DNA of 40,251 bases, taken from an uncultured Campylobacterota bacterium. GTDB taxonomy: Bacteria > Campylobacterota > Campylobacteria > Campylobacterales > Arcobacteraceae. Where the stretch lies: positions 1-40,251 of the forward strand of contig CAIJNA010000163.1 in NCBI GenBank assembly GCA_903821805.1, read 5' to 3'. A model generated the notes under the pieces. The model searched no databases, was not told where the DNA came from, and saw only the letters and a program-made list of their open reading frames with translations. Positions 1 through 9,849 of the stretch are shown here, in pieces; position 1 is the first letter of the stretch, and every line of letters starts with the position of its first letter. Made by a program: the position numbers and the translations under genes.

Positions 1-121
1 ATAAATCCTCCCAAGTAAGAAACAATAATATTTAACTCTAAGGGGTCAATGAGTTTCTCCGGCTCTTTAAGTTTTTCTAAGATTTAAGACAGACAGTAAT
101 TAAATGGTATATACTTTTAGG

Positions 122-355
122 TTATTTTTTGTCTTGAGAGTTTGATTTTATCTTATTGTTTTTTAGCTCTTTTATTTTATTTTCTTTTCTGATTGCATCT
201 TGTAAGTCTTCAGTGGAATCAAAAAGAAGTCCATCCATCATTTTTTTGCCATCATCAAATTGACCTTGTTTGGCAGCCCAAATAAATATTCCCAAAAGTG
301 AAAAACTCACAATGATTCCAATAAGTAATTCTAGCCATAATATTCCATCATTCAT
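122..355 (-). CDS. ccoS: cbb3-type cytochrome oxidase maturation protein CcoS/FixS
   Basis: 77-aa ORF with one N-terminal TM helix followed by WAAKQGQFDD, the CcoS/FixS signature. ATG at 353-355 directly abuts the ccoI stop (356-358), the usual ccoI-ccoS arrangement. Confidence 0.85.
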   Translation of the reverse strand: MNDGILWLELLIGIIVSFSLLGIFIWAAKQGQFDDGKKMMDGLLFDSTEDLQDAIRKENKIKELKNNKIKSNSQDKK

Positions 356-2761
356 TTATACACCTTTTTGGTTTTTTGGACCATTAATTTTAATGTTATT
401 TTCTTTTATTCTCATGCTATTTCCAACAACTAATAGTGAGCTAAGACTCATTGAAAGAGCCGCAATTAATGGTATCACATAGCCCATTATTGCAATAGGA
501 ATTGTGATTAGATTGTAAATTAAAGAGATTGTTAGATTTTGTTTTATAAACATAAAAGTTCTTTTTGAAATGTAAAAACTTTTAATAATCCCTTCTAGCT
601 TATCATTTAGTATGACAATATCACTAACACTAAGGGCTATATCAGACCCATTGCCCATGGCTATTGATATATCAGCTCTGCTAAGTGCTAAAGTATCATT
701 GATCCCATCACCAACCATGACAACTATTTTGTTTTCATTTTTTAGTTTGCTAACTAAATCAGCTTTGTCTACCGGTGACATTTTAAAATAATAATCAGAT
801 ATTTGTAATTCATCTGATACTTTTTTCACTACTTGCTCGTTATCACCACTGCAAATAATTGTCTCAATATTGTTATCATTTAAATATTTTATTGTTTGCA
901 ATGCATCAGTTCTGATCTCATCTTCTAATTCAAAAGTAGCTATTTTCTTGTCGTTGACCATAAAGCAATAACTTGTATATTGACTATTGAGTTCACTTCT
1001 TCCACCGAAAATATTAATATCTTTATATTTTGCTTTCATTCCAATAGCCGGTATTTGCTCGACACTTTCAAGAGCAAGATGAGTTAAATTTGAATATTCT
1101 TCAAGTAAATATATTTTGATTGCCACGCTCACTAAATGTGTCGAACTATCAACTAAGCTAAATAATAAATTTGCTTCTTGTTGATTCAAGTTTGATGTGT
1201 TTTTAATAACTTTTAATTTGCCTTTTGTTAGTGTTCCTGTTTTATCAAACACTACTGTTGTTGCTTTGGAGAAAGTTTCAATAAATTTGGCCTCTTTGAA
1301 TAGCAATCCTTCTCTGGCTAACCAACTAATTCCTATAAGGCTTGCAATTGGTGTTGCAAGAGCAAGTGCACAAGGACAAGCAATCACAATCACAGAAATA
1401 GTTACTATCAAGGAATGTTCAAAGTCAAGCCCGAAAAAATACCAGCTTATAAAGGTTACGGATGCTAAAAGTAAAATAGTTATTGAAAAATATTTTGATA
1501 ATTCATTGGTCATCTCTTCAATCTTTGGTTTTGAATTCAATGAGTCTTCAAGAAGTTCAACAATATGATTTAAAGTTGAATTTGCATAATCCTTTGTTGC
1601 TCTGTATCTAATCACCATATCTAAATTGATTGTTCCACTTATTATTTTGTCGCCAATTTTTTTATTAACAGGAACAGATTCACCACTTATACTACTTTCG
1701 TCAAACGAACTTTCTCCACTTATTAATTCCCCATCTACGGAACTTTTTTCACCATTTTTGACTTCAATAATATCACCAATCACAATATTGTCAATCGATA
1801 CAACTTCCTTGCCATTGTTTCTAATAACAGTTGCTTCATGCGGAATATATGCTTTAATCTTGTCCATCGTGTCAACTGCACTTTTTTTGCCCAAAACCTC
1901 AAGGTATTTGCCAACTAAAACAAAAGTTATTATCATGGAAACGCTATCAAAGTAACTATGTCCAAATCCACCAAAAAGAATATATAGTGAATACAAGTAG
2001 GTAAGGCTCGCGCCAGTAATAACCAAGAAGTCCATATTGATGATTTTATTTTTTAAACCATAATATGCACCCCTGTAAAATATCCAACCACTATAAAATA
2101 ATACAGGCGTTGCAAAGAGCCATTCTGCAAAATGGATAATTTTGAGCATGTCTGTGCTCATTCCTGTAAAAAATCCAGTATATTTTGCGACACCAATCAT
2201 CATTATATTCATGGAAGCAAAAATTGCTACACTCATTCTTAAAAAATAGTCTCTATTTTTTTTAAGCGCGTTTTGTTCGTTTATTGTTTTATCATAAGGG
2301 TAAGCGTTATAACCGATACTTCTTATTTTATCAATAATTCTTGCAAGATCAACAATATTTTCATCCCAAACAATTTTAGCCTTATTATTTGTAAAATTAA
2401 TACTCGCCTCAATAATCCCATCAGTCTCGTCTAAAATCTTTTCATTTAGCCAAATACATGCTGCACAATGTATTCCTTCAATTATTAAGTCTACGCGGCT
2501 GAATCCTTCCGAAGTTGTTTTTATGTATCTTTGTTTGAAGCTATCGGAATCAAAAGCTGAGCTATCTTTGCCTATTGCTATTGGCTTTGAGAGAACATTT
2601 TTGCCTATCTTTTCATAGAAACTTGTTAGCCCGTCATCTTGAAGTATATGATATACACCCTGACATCCGTTACAGCAAAAATATAATTTTAGATCTTCTT
2701 CTTGTATCATTACACTTTCGTCAAATTCTAATTGACAATGATTACACTTTACTGTAGACAT
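356..2761 (-). CDS. ccoI: heavy-metal (copper) translocating P1B-type ATPase, CcoI/FixI type
   Basis: 801 aa. N-terminal Cys-rich FixI-type domain (CNHCQ...CCNGCQ) and an HMA-like CAAC motif. P-type motifs are the transmembrane CPC (ACPCALALATP), DKTGTLT and GDGINDT. Followed by ccoS. Confidence 0.9.
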   Translation of the reverse strand: MSTVKCNHCQLEFDESVMIQEEDLKLYFCCNGCQGVYHILQDDGLTSFYEKIGKNVLSKPIAIGKDSSAFDSDSFKQRYIKTTSEGFSRVDLIIEGIHCAACIWLNEKILDETDGIIEASINFTNNKAKIVWDENIVDLARIIDKIRSIGYNAYPYDKTINEQNALKKNRDYFLRMSVAIFASMNIMMIGVAKYTGFFTGMSTDMLKIIHFAEWLFATPVLFYSGWIFYRGAYYGLKNKIINMDFLVITGASLTYLYSLYILFGGFGHSYFDSVSMIITFVLVGKYLEVLGKKSAVDTMDKIKAYIPHEATVIRNNGKEVVSIDNIVIGDIIEVKNGEKSSVDGELISGESSFDESSISGESVPVNKKIGDKIISGTINLDMVIRYRATKDYANSTLNHIVELLEDSLNSKPKIEEMTNELSKYFSITILLLASVTFISWYFFGLDFEHSLIVTISVIVIACPCALALATPIASLIGISWLAREGLLFKEAKFIETFSKATTVVFDKTGTLTKGKLKVIKNTSNLNQQEANLLFSLVDSSTHLVSVAIKIYLLEEYSNLTHLALESVEQIPAIGMKAKYKDINIFGGRSELNSQYTSYCFMVNDKKIATFELEDEIRTDALQTIKYLNDNNIETIICSGDNEQVVKKVSDELQISDYYFKMSPVDKADLVSKLKNENKIVVMVGDGINDTLALSRADISIAMGNGSDIALSVSDIVILNDKLEGIIKSFYISKRTFMFIKQNLTISLIYNLITIPIAIMGYVIPLIAALSMSLSSLLVVGNSMRIKENNIKINGPKNQKGV

Positions 2762-3267
2762 TCAAAATAGCCTTTATTGTAGTTCTTTTTTATCATATTG
2801 TGTTTCTCTATTCGACCATTCATGCAAATATAAACACCGTTATTTTTTTCATCACTATTGATATTTTTTAGAAATCCTAATGCCATAAAAAGTGTAGAAG
2901 AAGCTTCAACCGGTTCAATGGAATATGGCTGCATCGCTCCAACAAAGACAATTGTTTTGTTCGTTACAAACTTGGATAAAACTTTCGCAGATTTCTTCAT
3001 AGTATCTGTACCATGAACAATAATAATCTCGCTTTCTTTAAGCTGCTGAATTGTTTCTAGGAGAAGTAACCTATCCTTTTTGTTCATCTCTAGACTATCT
3101 TTATGGATAAGACCTTTGACATTAATCATTTGATCATGTTTGTAAACTTTTTTTAGTATCTCATTGATAATTTGATTATCTTTAGTTACTTCTAATTCCC
3201 CAGTTAATGGTTGATATATTTTATTGAAGGTTCCACCGATATTGATAACTATTAGGTTTTTATTCAA
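2749..3267 (-). CDS. short asparaginase/glutaminase N-domain protein
   Basis: 172 aa. Has NIGGTFNK near the N-terminus and HGTDTM, the two catalytic-Thr signatures of the L-asparaginase N-domain, but no C-terminal domain. Start is TTG at 3265-3267 with AAGGAAAGAG upstream. The 3' end overlaps the ccoI start by 13 nt. Confidence 0.65.
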   Translation of the reverse strand: MNKNLIVINIGGTFNKIYQPLTGELEVTKDNQIINEILKKVYKHDQMINVKGLIHKDSLEMNKKDRLLLLETIQQLKESEIIIVHGTDTMKKSAKVLSKFVTNKTIVFVGAMQPYSIEPVEASSTLFMALGFLKNINSDEKNNGVYICMNGRIEKHNMIKKNYNKGYFECLQ

Positions 3268-3307
3268 GTTATTTCTCTTTCCTTTGGTTTAATACAAGCT
3301 ATTTTAA

Positions 3308-3931
3308 TTAACCTATCCAATTCTCAATGATGACTTGTTTTGAAAACAGAGATGCTTTAATCATTGATGCATGACCAATAGAAATTAGTTTCTTACTAGC
3401 AACATCCAGATCATCATTAAGTATAAAATAATCATACTTGTCAAGACTTTCTAATTCAATTTTCGCATTTTTCAACCTATTCTGAATAATTGTTTCAGTG
3501 TCAGTATTTCGTTTGATTAGTCTTTTTTCTAGCTCATTCAACGTTGGAGTAGTTATGAATACTGATGTTGTTATGTCGTTTAATTTTTTTCTCACTAAAT
3601 CGTGACCTTGAACATCAATATCAAAAATAACTAATCTTTGCTCATTAAGTGCTTGATTTATAGGTTTCATTGATGTCCCATAGTAGTTATCATGAACGCG
3701 AGCATATTCTAGAAAATTATTATTTTTGATATCTTCTTCAAATTCTTCCTTAGTTACAAAAAAATAATCTATGCCATGTACTTCACCAATTCTAGGTGCT
3801 CTTGTTGTTGTTGATATTGAAAAATAATAATTAGTAAAATGTTCATAAAACTTTTTCAAAAGTGAACTTTTCCCGCATCCACTTGGGCCAGAAATTATTA
3901 AAATTGCTCCTTTATTAAGTTCATTTATCAT
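3308..3931 (-). CDS. gmk: guanylate kinase
   Basis: 207 aa with P-loop GPSGCGKSS and the TTRAPRIGEVHGIDYFFV guanylate kinase signature. Confidence 0.95.
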   Translation of the reverse strand: MINELNKGAILIISGPSGCGKSSLLKKFYEHFTNYYFSISTTTRAPRIGEVHGIDYFFVTKEEFEEDIKNNNFLEYARVHDNYYGTSMKPINQALNEQRLVIFDIDVQGHDLVRKKLNDITTSVFITTPTLNELEKRLIKRNTDTETIIQNRLKNAKIELESLDKYDYFILNDDLDVASKKLISIGHASMIKASLFSKQVIIENWIG

Positions 3932-4709
3932 TGTCGAGCCTTATTTTTAAGATTATTTCATTGCCTTCAGCAAGATTGTCAACCATATTTTTATTTAGCT
4001 GTTTCAGTAGAGGAGACAACTCATCTAAAGAATATTTATTTAGTATTAATTCTGTAGGTTTAACCTCATCATATTCGTACTCTGGAAGATCGTCAATTGC
4101 TTGATCTATTATTTCTGATAATTCATTCCAATTATCTTTCTTTGATTTAATCTTATGCGATGAATAGCCATTTGTGCCTTCATTGATCATGCTTGAAAGT
4201 CTAGATAACTCATCTTTATCAAGTATTCCACCATGACCTAGCTGTTCTTTTTTAACAACCAAGTCAGCATCTGAATTCTGGTTTATTTCGTCAAATTCAC
4301 CTATCATATCATTAATTAAATTAGCAAGATCATCAGAAATTTGGCTATTAGTAGGCTCGCTACTTGAGTAAATAGTTTGACAGTTTTTAGTTTCTTTTGA
4401 ATCGTCAACTGTTTTTAGGATTTTTTCCAAACTATTATTTAATGTTGATGGCAAAAAAGGTTTTTCAATAACAAAATCATAATTTATTTCTTCTAAGTTA
4501 TCATCTTTTAAGAGCACTAATGTATTTGAATATGATCTTAGGTTTGATAAATTATGATCAGATAATGCGTTGTCAACAACTATTAAATCAAAATGATTTG
4601 TGATGCTAGTGTTGCTATATATTCTTAGATTTACCATTAGTTTATTTGCCATTAGAGTAAAAATTTTATTTATTATTTCTGTCTTTGATATTAAAGCAAT
4701 ATTCTTCAT
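3921..4709 (-). CDS. highly acidic hypothetical protein with degenerate receiver-like N-terminal domain
   Basis: 262-aa ORF. Its start overlaps the upstream ABC ATPase stop (TAATG at 4707-4711) and its end overlaps the gmk start by 11 nt. The N-terminal ~100 aa has a CheY-like pattern (DLIVVD, VLLKDD, EKPFLPSTL) but lacks the N-terminal acidic pair. The C-terminal part is D/E/S/N-rich. As I recall, the same slot in C. jejuni holds a 'highly acidic protein'. Confidence 0.6.
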   Translation of the reverse strand: MKNIALISKTEIINKIFTLMANKLMVNLRIYSNTSITNHFDLIVVDNALSDHNLSNLRSYSNTLVLLKDDNLEEINYDFVIEKPFLPSTLNNSLEKILKTVDDSKETKNCQTIYSSSEPTNSQISDDLANLINDMIGEFDEINQNSDADLVVKKEQLGHGGILDKDELSRLSSMINEGTNGYSSHKIKSKKDNWNELSEIIDQAIDDLPEYEYDEVKPTELILNKYSLDELSPLLKQLNKNMVDNLAEGNEIILKIRLDNDK

Positions 4710-5416
4710 TATTTAATTCTCTCTAGTTTTAGTTCATTTATTCTGTAAATTTTATCACACAAGTTGGCCAAATCTTCTTCATGTGTAACCAAAATCATAC
4801 CAGCTTTTTCATAAGCAATATACTTAAAAAGCACTTCCATAACTTCTTTAGCAGTATTTTTATCTAGATTTCCAGTCGGCTCATCTGCAAAAATAACTTT
4901 AGGACGTTTTGTAAGTATTCTGGCTACGGATAATCTTTGCTGTTGACCACCACTCAATTCACCAATACCTTGTGAAAGCACATGATCTATTTTTAGAGTT
5001 TTCATAAGCTCCATGTCAATAATTTTATCATTTAGAAACTCAGCAATTTTAAGATTTTCTTTTGCCGTAAAGCCTCGAAATAGATAATGTGCTTGAAATA
5101 CAATACCAAAAATATCCCTTCTTAACTCAAGTAATTTTTTTTGTGAAAGATTAAAAATTTCAGTATTTTTATAAAAAACTTTACCAGAATTTGGTTTTAG
5201 AAGTGAACAAAGGATATTTAAAAGTGTAGATTTTCCACATCCAGATGATCCTATTATTGCAATAGTTTCATTTTGTTTAAGTGTAAAATCAATTTCTGAA
5301 AATATAGGATAGTCAAATGTGTGAGAAATCCCTTTAGCTTGAAGTAAAATTTCTGGCGCCAGGGATGTTTGTAAGTTTGTAGTAGTTGCTGAATCTTCTA
5401 AATTTTGATTATTCAT
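4709..5416 (-). CDS. ABC transporter ATP-binding protein, FtsE/LolD (type VII) like
   Basis: 235 aa with Walker A GSSGCGKST, signature LSGGQQQRLSVAR and Walker B/D-loop FADEPTGNLD, typical of the FtsE/LolD/MacB class. No permease gene is adjacent. Confidence 0.85.
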   Translation of the reverse strand: MNNQNLEDSATTTNLQTSLAPEILLQAKGISHTFDYPIFSEIDFTLKQNETIAIIGSSGCGKSTLLNILCSLLKPNSGKVFYKNTEIFNLSQKKLLELRRDIFGIVFQAHYLFRGFTAKENLKIAEFLNDKIIDMELMKTLKIDHVLSQGIGELSGGQQQRLSVARILTKRPKVIFADEPTGNLDKNTAKEVMEVLFKYIAYEKAGMILVTHEEDLANLCDKIYRINELKLERIK

Positions 5417-5441
5417 AGTTCAACAACTTTATATTCGGAAA

Positions 5442-6491
5442 TTATTTAGCCATTTGAGCTGCAACTTCAGCTGCAAAATCTTCCTCTTTTTTCTCAATTC
5501 CATCACCAAGTTCAAATCTAACGTATTCAACGATTTCAATTGATGCATCAACAGCTTTTATAGCTTCTTCAACAGTCATTTTGTCATCCATTACGTAGTT
5601 TTGAGAAAGTAACGCGTTAGCTTTATCAAGTTGAGTATTATCTTCAATCCATCTAGCTATTTTACCAACTAAAATATTATCGATAATTTTTTCAGGTTTA
5701 CCTTCAGCAAGAAGCTCAGCTTTCATTGCAGCTTTTGCAGTTTCAATAGCAGCATCTGTTAATTGAACTCTTGAAACGTATTCTGGAATATTTTTCAATG
5801 GTTTTTTAAGTCTATAAAGTTCTTCGTTTTCTTTTTCAATATCAGCAATAATTGCTTTATTTTCAGACTCAATAAAATCAACAGATAAATCTTTATACGA
5901 AATAACAGTTGGTTTCATTGATGCAGCATGCATTGCTACTTTTTTTAGCATATCAATAGCTTTTTCTTTTGCTTCAGGAGCACAAGTTGCAGCCAAAATT
6001 ACACCAACTTTACCAAGATGAACATAACCATTTACGATTCCATTATCTGAGCTTACAGTTATCATTTTTCTAGCAACGATATTTTCACCAATAATCGCAA
6101 TTTTACCATTTAGGTATTCTTCAAAATTAGTACCATTGATATTTGTTTTTAATAATTCAGAAGTCTCTGTAATATTTTGTGATTGAACATGAGCTGTAAT
6201 ATCTTGAACTAACCCAACAAAGTTATCGTTTTTAGCAACGAAATCTGTTTGCGAATTAATTTCAGTCATTGTAGCTTTTGTGAAATCGCTATTAACAAGA
6301 ATATTTACAAGGCCTTCAGCTGCAACATTACCAGCTTTTTTAGCTGCTTTTGCAAGCCCAGACTCTCTTAAAAATTTCATAGCATTGTCAATGTTACCAT
6401 CACACTCATTTAATGCATTTTTGCAATCAAGCATACCTGCACCAGATTTCTCTCTTAATTCTTTAATAAGTTGTGGAGTTGCACCAGCCAT
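5442..6491 (-). CDS. tsf: translation elongation factor Ts
   Basis: 349 aa. N-terminal UBA-like LIKELREKSGAGMLDCKNAL signature. Located immediately downstream of rpsB. Confidence 0.95.
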   Translation of the reverse strand: MAGATPQLIKELREKSGAGMLDCKNALNECDGNIDNAMKFLRESGLAKAAKKAGNVAAEGLVNILVNSDFTKATMTEINSQTDFVAKNDNFVGLVQDITAHVQSQNITETSELLKTNINGTNFEEYLNGKIAIIGENIVARKMITVSSDNGIVNGYVHLGKVGVILAATCAPEAKEKAIDMLKKVAMHAASMKPTVISYKDLSVDFIESENKAIIADIEKENEELYRLKKPLKNIPEYVSRVQLTDAAIETAKAAMKAELLAEGKPEKIIDNILVGKIARWIEDNTQLDKANALLSQNYVMDDKMTVEEAIKAVDASIEIVEYVRFELGDGIEKKEEDFAAEVAAQMAK

Positions 6492-6493
6492 GA

Positions 6494-7276
6494 TTATTCC
6501 TTACCTTCGAATTCAGAAGCTTCCATTTGGATTTCAGTTGTAATATCAGCTATTTCTTCACTAGAAACTTCAGCTGCTGCTTCACCATTTTGTTCTAAAT
6601 AAGCCATTCTTCCTTCATTCATAGCAGCTGCCATTTCATTACAGAAAAGTTGTACTGATCTAATTGCATCATCATTTCCTGGGATTGGAAAATCTACAAG
6701 ATCAGGATCACAGTTAGTGTCAAGTGGAGCAATAACCTTAATACCAAGTCTTCTAGCTTCTAAGATAGCAATTTTTTCTTTAACTGCATCAATTACAAAC
6801 ATCATATCTGGAAGTTGTTTCATATCTTTGATACCACCAAGGTATGCTTCTAATTTTTCTTCTTTTCTTGAAAGCATTAATGCTTCTTTTTTAGTTAAAA
6901 GATCAAGTTGACCTTCTTCTCTCATTTTTTTGATAATTTCAAGTTTTCTAATTGATTTTTTGATTGTTGGGTAATTTGTAAGCATTCCACCTAACCATCT
7001 GTGGTTTACGAATGGCATATTACAAGAAATTGCCGCATCTTTTACCGCTTCATCAGCTTGTTTTTTAGTTCCAACAAAAATCATTGTTTCACCTTTAGCT
7101 GCCGCATCTCTTACTACATTATATGTATATCTGAAATATCTTAGTGTTTTTTGTAAATCTATAATATAGATATTTTTTCTAACACCAAAAATAAATTTTT
7201 TCATTTTTGGATTCCATCTTCTTGTTTGGTGACCAAAGTGTACACCACACTCTAATAAATCTTTCATTGTTACCAT
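6494..7276 (-). CDS. rpsB: 30S ribosomal protein S2
   Basis: 260 aa with the [23 protein letters not shown]2 signature. Part of the conserved rpsB-tsf pair. Confidence 0.97.
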   Translation of the reverse strand: MVTMKDLLECGVHFGHQTRRWNPKMKKFIFGVRKNIYIIDLQKTLRYFRYTYNVVRDAAAKGETMIFVGTKKQADEAVKDAAISCNMPFVNHRWLGGMLTNYPTIKKSIRKLEIIKKMREEGQLDLLTKKEALMLSRKEEKLEAYLGGIKDMKQLPDMMFVIDAVKEKIAILEARRLGIKVIAPLDTNCDPDLVDFPIPGNDDAIRSVQLFCNEMAAAMNEGRMAYLEQNGEAAAEVSSEEIADITTEIQMEASEFEGKE

Positions 7277-7400
7277 GTTGTTTCCTTCTTTTGAGCTTTT
7301 GCTCGGATTATTTAGGGGCTTTTACCTCTATAGCCATTCGTAAGTTTCCTTACAGCCCTTTATGAGAATTGCTATATGTGAGTTCTGAATAGAAAAAAAA
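7277..7400 (-). promoter_or_regulatory. structured 5' leader of rpsB (putative)
   Basis: On the minus strand upstream of the rpsB ATG there are nested stems. GGGGCT (7315-7320) pairs with AGCCCT (7354-7359), giving five Watson-Crick pairs plus one terminal G-U wobble. GTAAG-N4-CTTAC lies at 7340-7353 and reads as a GAAA tetraloop on the mRNA. GAGC-N4-GCTC lies at 7293-7304, next to the RBS. A TAGAAT -10 candidate is the reverse complement of 7400-7405. The region is more GC-rich than neighbouring spacers. Confidence 0.35.
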
Positions 7401-7546
7401 TTCTAAAAAGTTTGTGATTTTATCTCTTTTTGGTTTAATTTATTCTTATGAGATGATAATGTTTTATTGATTGTTGCAATGGGAAGTAGAATTCTAGCTA
7501 ATCAAATTAGTTAAGATTAGCCAGATGAGTTTCAATAAGAATAATG

Positions 7547-9169
7547 CTACGAATTTTTAGATAATAATCCAGCTTCTACAAATGATAAAATTATCGGATT
7601 TGGTGTTTGTAAACTACTTTTAAATTCTGGATGGAATTGAACTCCTACAAACCATTTATGATTTGGTATTTCAACAACCTCAATCAAGCCATTAGACTCA
7701 CCAGTTACATTCATTCCTGCATTTTCAAGAATAGTTTTGTATGCTGGATTTGCCTCGTATCTATGTCTGTGTCTTTCGCTACTTACACCAGCTCCATATG
7801 CTTTTTCTAAAATACTTCCAGCTTTTGCTTCAAACGGATATCCTCCAAGTCTCATTGTTCCACCCATAGGAGAAGTGTGAGTTCTTAGTTGACTATTCCC
7901 ATTCGTATCTAGGAATTGTTCAATTAAATAAATCGCAGGTTCCGTTGTATTTTTATCAAATTCAACACTATTTGCTTCTTTGATACCCACTACATTTCTT
8001 AGATATTCAATGATTGAAAGTTGCATACCAAGGCAAATTCCAAGATAAGGAATGTTGTTTTCTCTTGCAAATTTGATAGCTTCAATTTTGCCTTCAACAC
8101 CACGGTGACCAAATCCACCAGCTACAAGTACACAATCACTGTCTTTAATAATTTCACTTGCACCCTTTTCTTCAATTTTTTCACTATCACACCAATTGAT
8201 ATTGATTTTAGCATTTAAATGAGCGCCACAATGAATTAGTGCTTCTTGAAGTGATTTGTATGCTTCTTTTAATTCTAAGTATTTTCCAACGAAAGCAATA
8301 TTCACTTCATCTTTTGGATGAACTATATGTTTTACCAGATTATCCCATTTGTCCATATCTGGTTTCATTTTTCCCATTTCAAAATGTTTTGCAATAGGCT
8401 CAAGTATTCCTTCTTTTAAGAAATTCATAGGAACAGCGTAAATACTTGCAGCATCACCGGCCTCAATAACACTATCCTCGTCAACATCACAACTATAAGC
8501 AAGTTTTCTTTTTAGATCACTTGGAAGTTTTTTCTCAGTTCTGCAAACTAGCATATGAGGCATAATTCCAATTCTTCTTAATTCCTGAACGCTATGTTGA
8601 GTAGGTTTTGTTTTAAGCTCACCAGCTGCAGCTATATATGGAACGAGAGTAACATGAATATTCATAGTAGTAGTTTTCGGATTTTCGTGTCTAACTTCTC
8701 TTACGGCTTCCATGAAAGGAAGACCTTCAATATCTCCAACTGTTCCTCCTAGCTCCACAATTAAAAATTCATGACCCTTTCCAGCTGCATAAATTCTACT
8801 TTTAATTTCATCTACAATGTGCGGAATAACTTGAATAGTTTTTCCAAGATATCCACCTTCTCTTTCTCTTTTTATAACAGAACTATAAACTTGACCAGTT
8901 GTAAAGTTATTCATTTTACCCAATGTACGGTCTAAAAATCTTTCATAATGACCAAGGTCCAGATCAGTTTCAGCTCCATCTTCTGTTACATAAACCTCAC
9001 CATGTTCTAATGGACTCATTGTTCCAGGATCTACATTGAGATACGGATCTATTTTAAGCATGCTTACATCAAAACCACTTTGTTTTAAAAGAGTAGCAAT
9101 ACTCGCACTTGTAATACCTTTTCCAAGACTACTTAAAACTCCGCCTGTTACAAATATGTATTTTGTCAT
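7547..9169 (-). CDS. pyrG: CTP synthase
   Basis: 540 aa with N-terminal [16 protein letters not shown] and the glutamine amidotransferase GICLGMQ motif. Confidence 0.97.
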   Translation of the reverse strand: MTKYIFVTGGVLSSLGKGITSASIATLLKQSGFDVSMLKIDPYLNVDPGTMSPLEHGEVYVTEDGAETDLDLGHYERFLDRTLGKMNNFTTGQVYSSVIKREREGGYLGKTIQVIPHIVDEIKSRIYAAGKGHEFLIVELGGTVGDIEGLPFMEAVREVRHENPKTTTMNIHVTLVPYIAAAGELKTKPTQHSVQELRRIGIMPHMLVCRTEKKLPSDLKRKLAYSCDVDEDSVIEAGDAASIYAVPMNFLKEGILEPIAKHFEMGKMKPDMDKWDNLVKHIVHPKDEVNIAFVGKYLELKEAYKSLQEALIHCGAHLNAKININWCDSEKIEEKGASEIIKDSDCVLVAGGFGHRGVEGKIEAIKFARENNIPYLGICLGMQLSIIEYLRNVVGIKEANSVEFDKNTTEPAIYLIEQFLDTNGNSQLRTHTSPMGGTMRLGGYPFEAKAGSILEKAYGAGVSSERHRHRYEANPAYKTILENAGMNVTGESNGLIEVVEIPNHKWFVGVQFHPEFKSSLQTPNPIILSFVEAGLLSKNS

Positions 9170-9171
9170 TT

Positions 9172-9804
9172 TTATTTACTCTCTTTATTTTCTTTTGATT
9201 TTTTAAGAACATTGATACTTTCTAAGTATTTCACAACTTCTTTTCTGTCTTTAGTGATTAATGAATAAGGAGCCATTAGAATAGCGGCCCCATTGTCTCT
9301 TTGATTTATTCCATAATCTCTCATCATATCCATGAAATCGTCACTATTTAAACCCGCAAGTTTTCCAGATGTATTTGGCTTTAGTTCACCATTTGCACCA
9401 TGACATCTAACACATTGTGATTCATATATTTTTTTACCATTACCCAATTCATTAATTTCTTTATCAGACTTTTCTTTTTCTAGCCTCTCATTCTCTAATA
9501 CTAATAATTGCGATTTTAAAGTTTCATTTTTAATTAATGGTGTTGTTTGAATTTCGCTAGCACTTTCTTTTGAAAAAATATAAGTATAGTTCATTCCATT
9601 TTCAGCTTTTGAAGTAGAAATATCTTTGATTTTCCAACCATTTTTTCTCATATCATTTGAAGAGTATTTACTATTACATTCACCACCATCTAATGAAGTA
9701 TTTTCTAATTTTGATGGAGTTGTAAAGTTTTCTTTGTAACACATAGTTATTTCACCAAATAGTGAACTAGCTACGAAAAGCGAAAGGATGGATTTTTTAA
9801 ACAT
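9172..9804 (-). CDS. secreted monohaem c-type cytochrome with N-terminal extra domain
   Basis: 210 aa with a signal-like N-terminus ([17 protein letters not shown]). One CXXCH site (CVRCHG) sits in the C-terminal ~90 aa, with a downstream Met (ILMAPY). A coiled-coil-like linker joins the two parts. The stop lies 2 nt upstream of the pyrG start. Confidence 0.7.
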   Translation of the reverse strand: MFKKSILSLFVASSLFGEITMCYKENFTTPSKLENTSLDGGECNSKYSSNDMRKNGWKIKDISTSKAENGMNYTYIFSKESASEIQTTPLIKNETLKSQLLVLENERLEKEKSDKEINELGNGKKIYESQCVRCHGANGELKPNTSGKLAGLNSDDFMDMMRDYGINQRDNGAAILMAPYSLITKDRKEVVKYLESINVLKKSKENKESK

Positions 9805-9849
9805 AATTGATGCCTTTAGATTTTGGTAATTTATAAAGCGTGATTATAT

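Noticed and set aside
1-12. The reverse complement GGGAGGATTTAT at the window start looks like an RBS for a minus-strand gene that begins just outside the window.
   Set aside because: The start codon and gene body are not visible, so no feature can be supported.
1197-1955. Plus-strand ORFs 1197-1568 and 1626-1955 (123 and 109 aa) inside ccoI. The same class includes 270-482, 2575-2757, 6280-6543, 6717-6911 and 8021-8218.
   Set aside because: They lie antisense to strongly supported genes (P-type ATPase, tsf, rpsB, pyrG). Their translations are low-complexity (S/L/I/F-rich) with no motifs. Long antisense ORFs are expected in an AT-rich genome, where stop codons are depleted opposite coding frames.
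7300-7375. Possible tRNA or small RNA gene in the GC-richer part of the pyrG-rpsB spacer.
   Set aside because: There is no T-loop GTTCRA box, no cloverleaf and no acceptor stem with the right geometry on either strand. It is better explained as the rpsB 5' leader.
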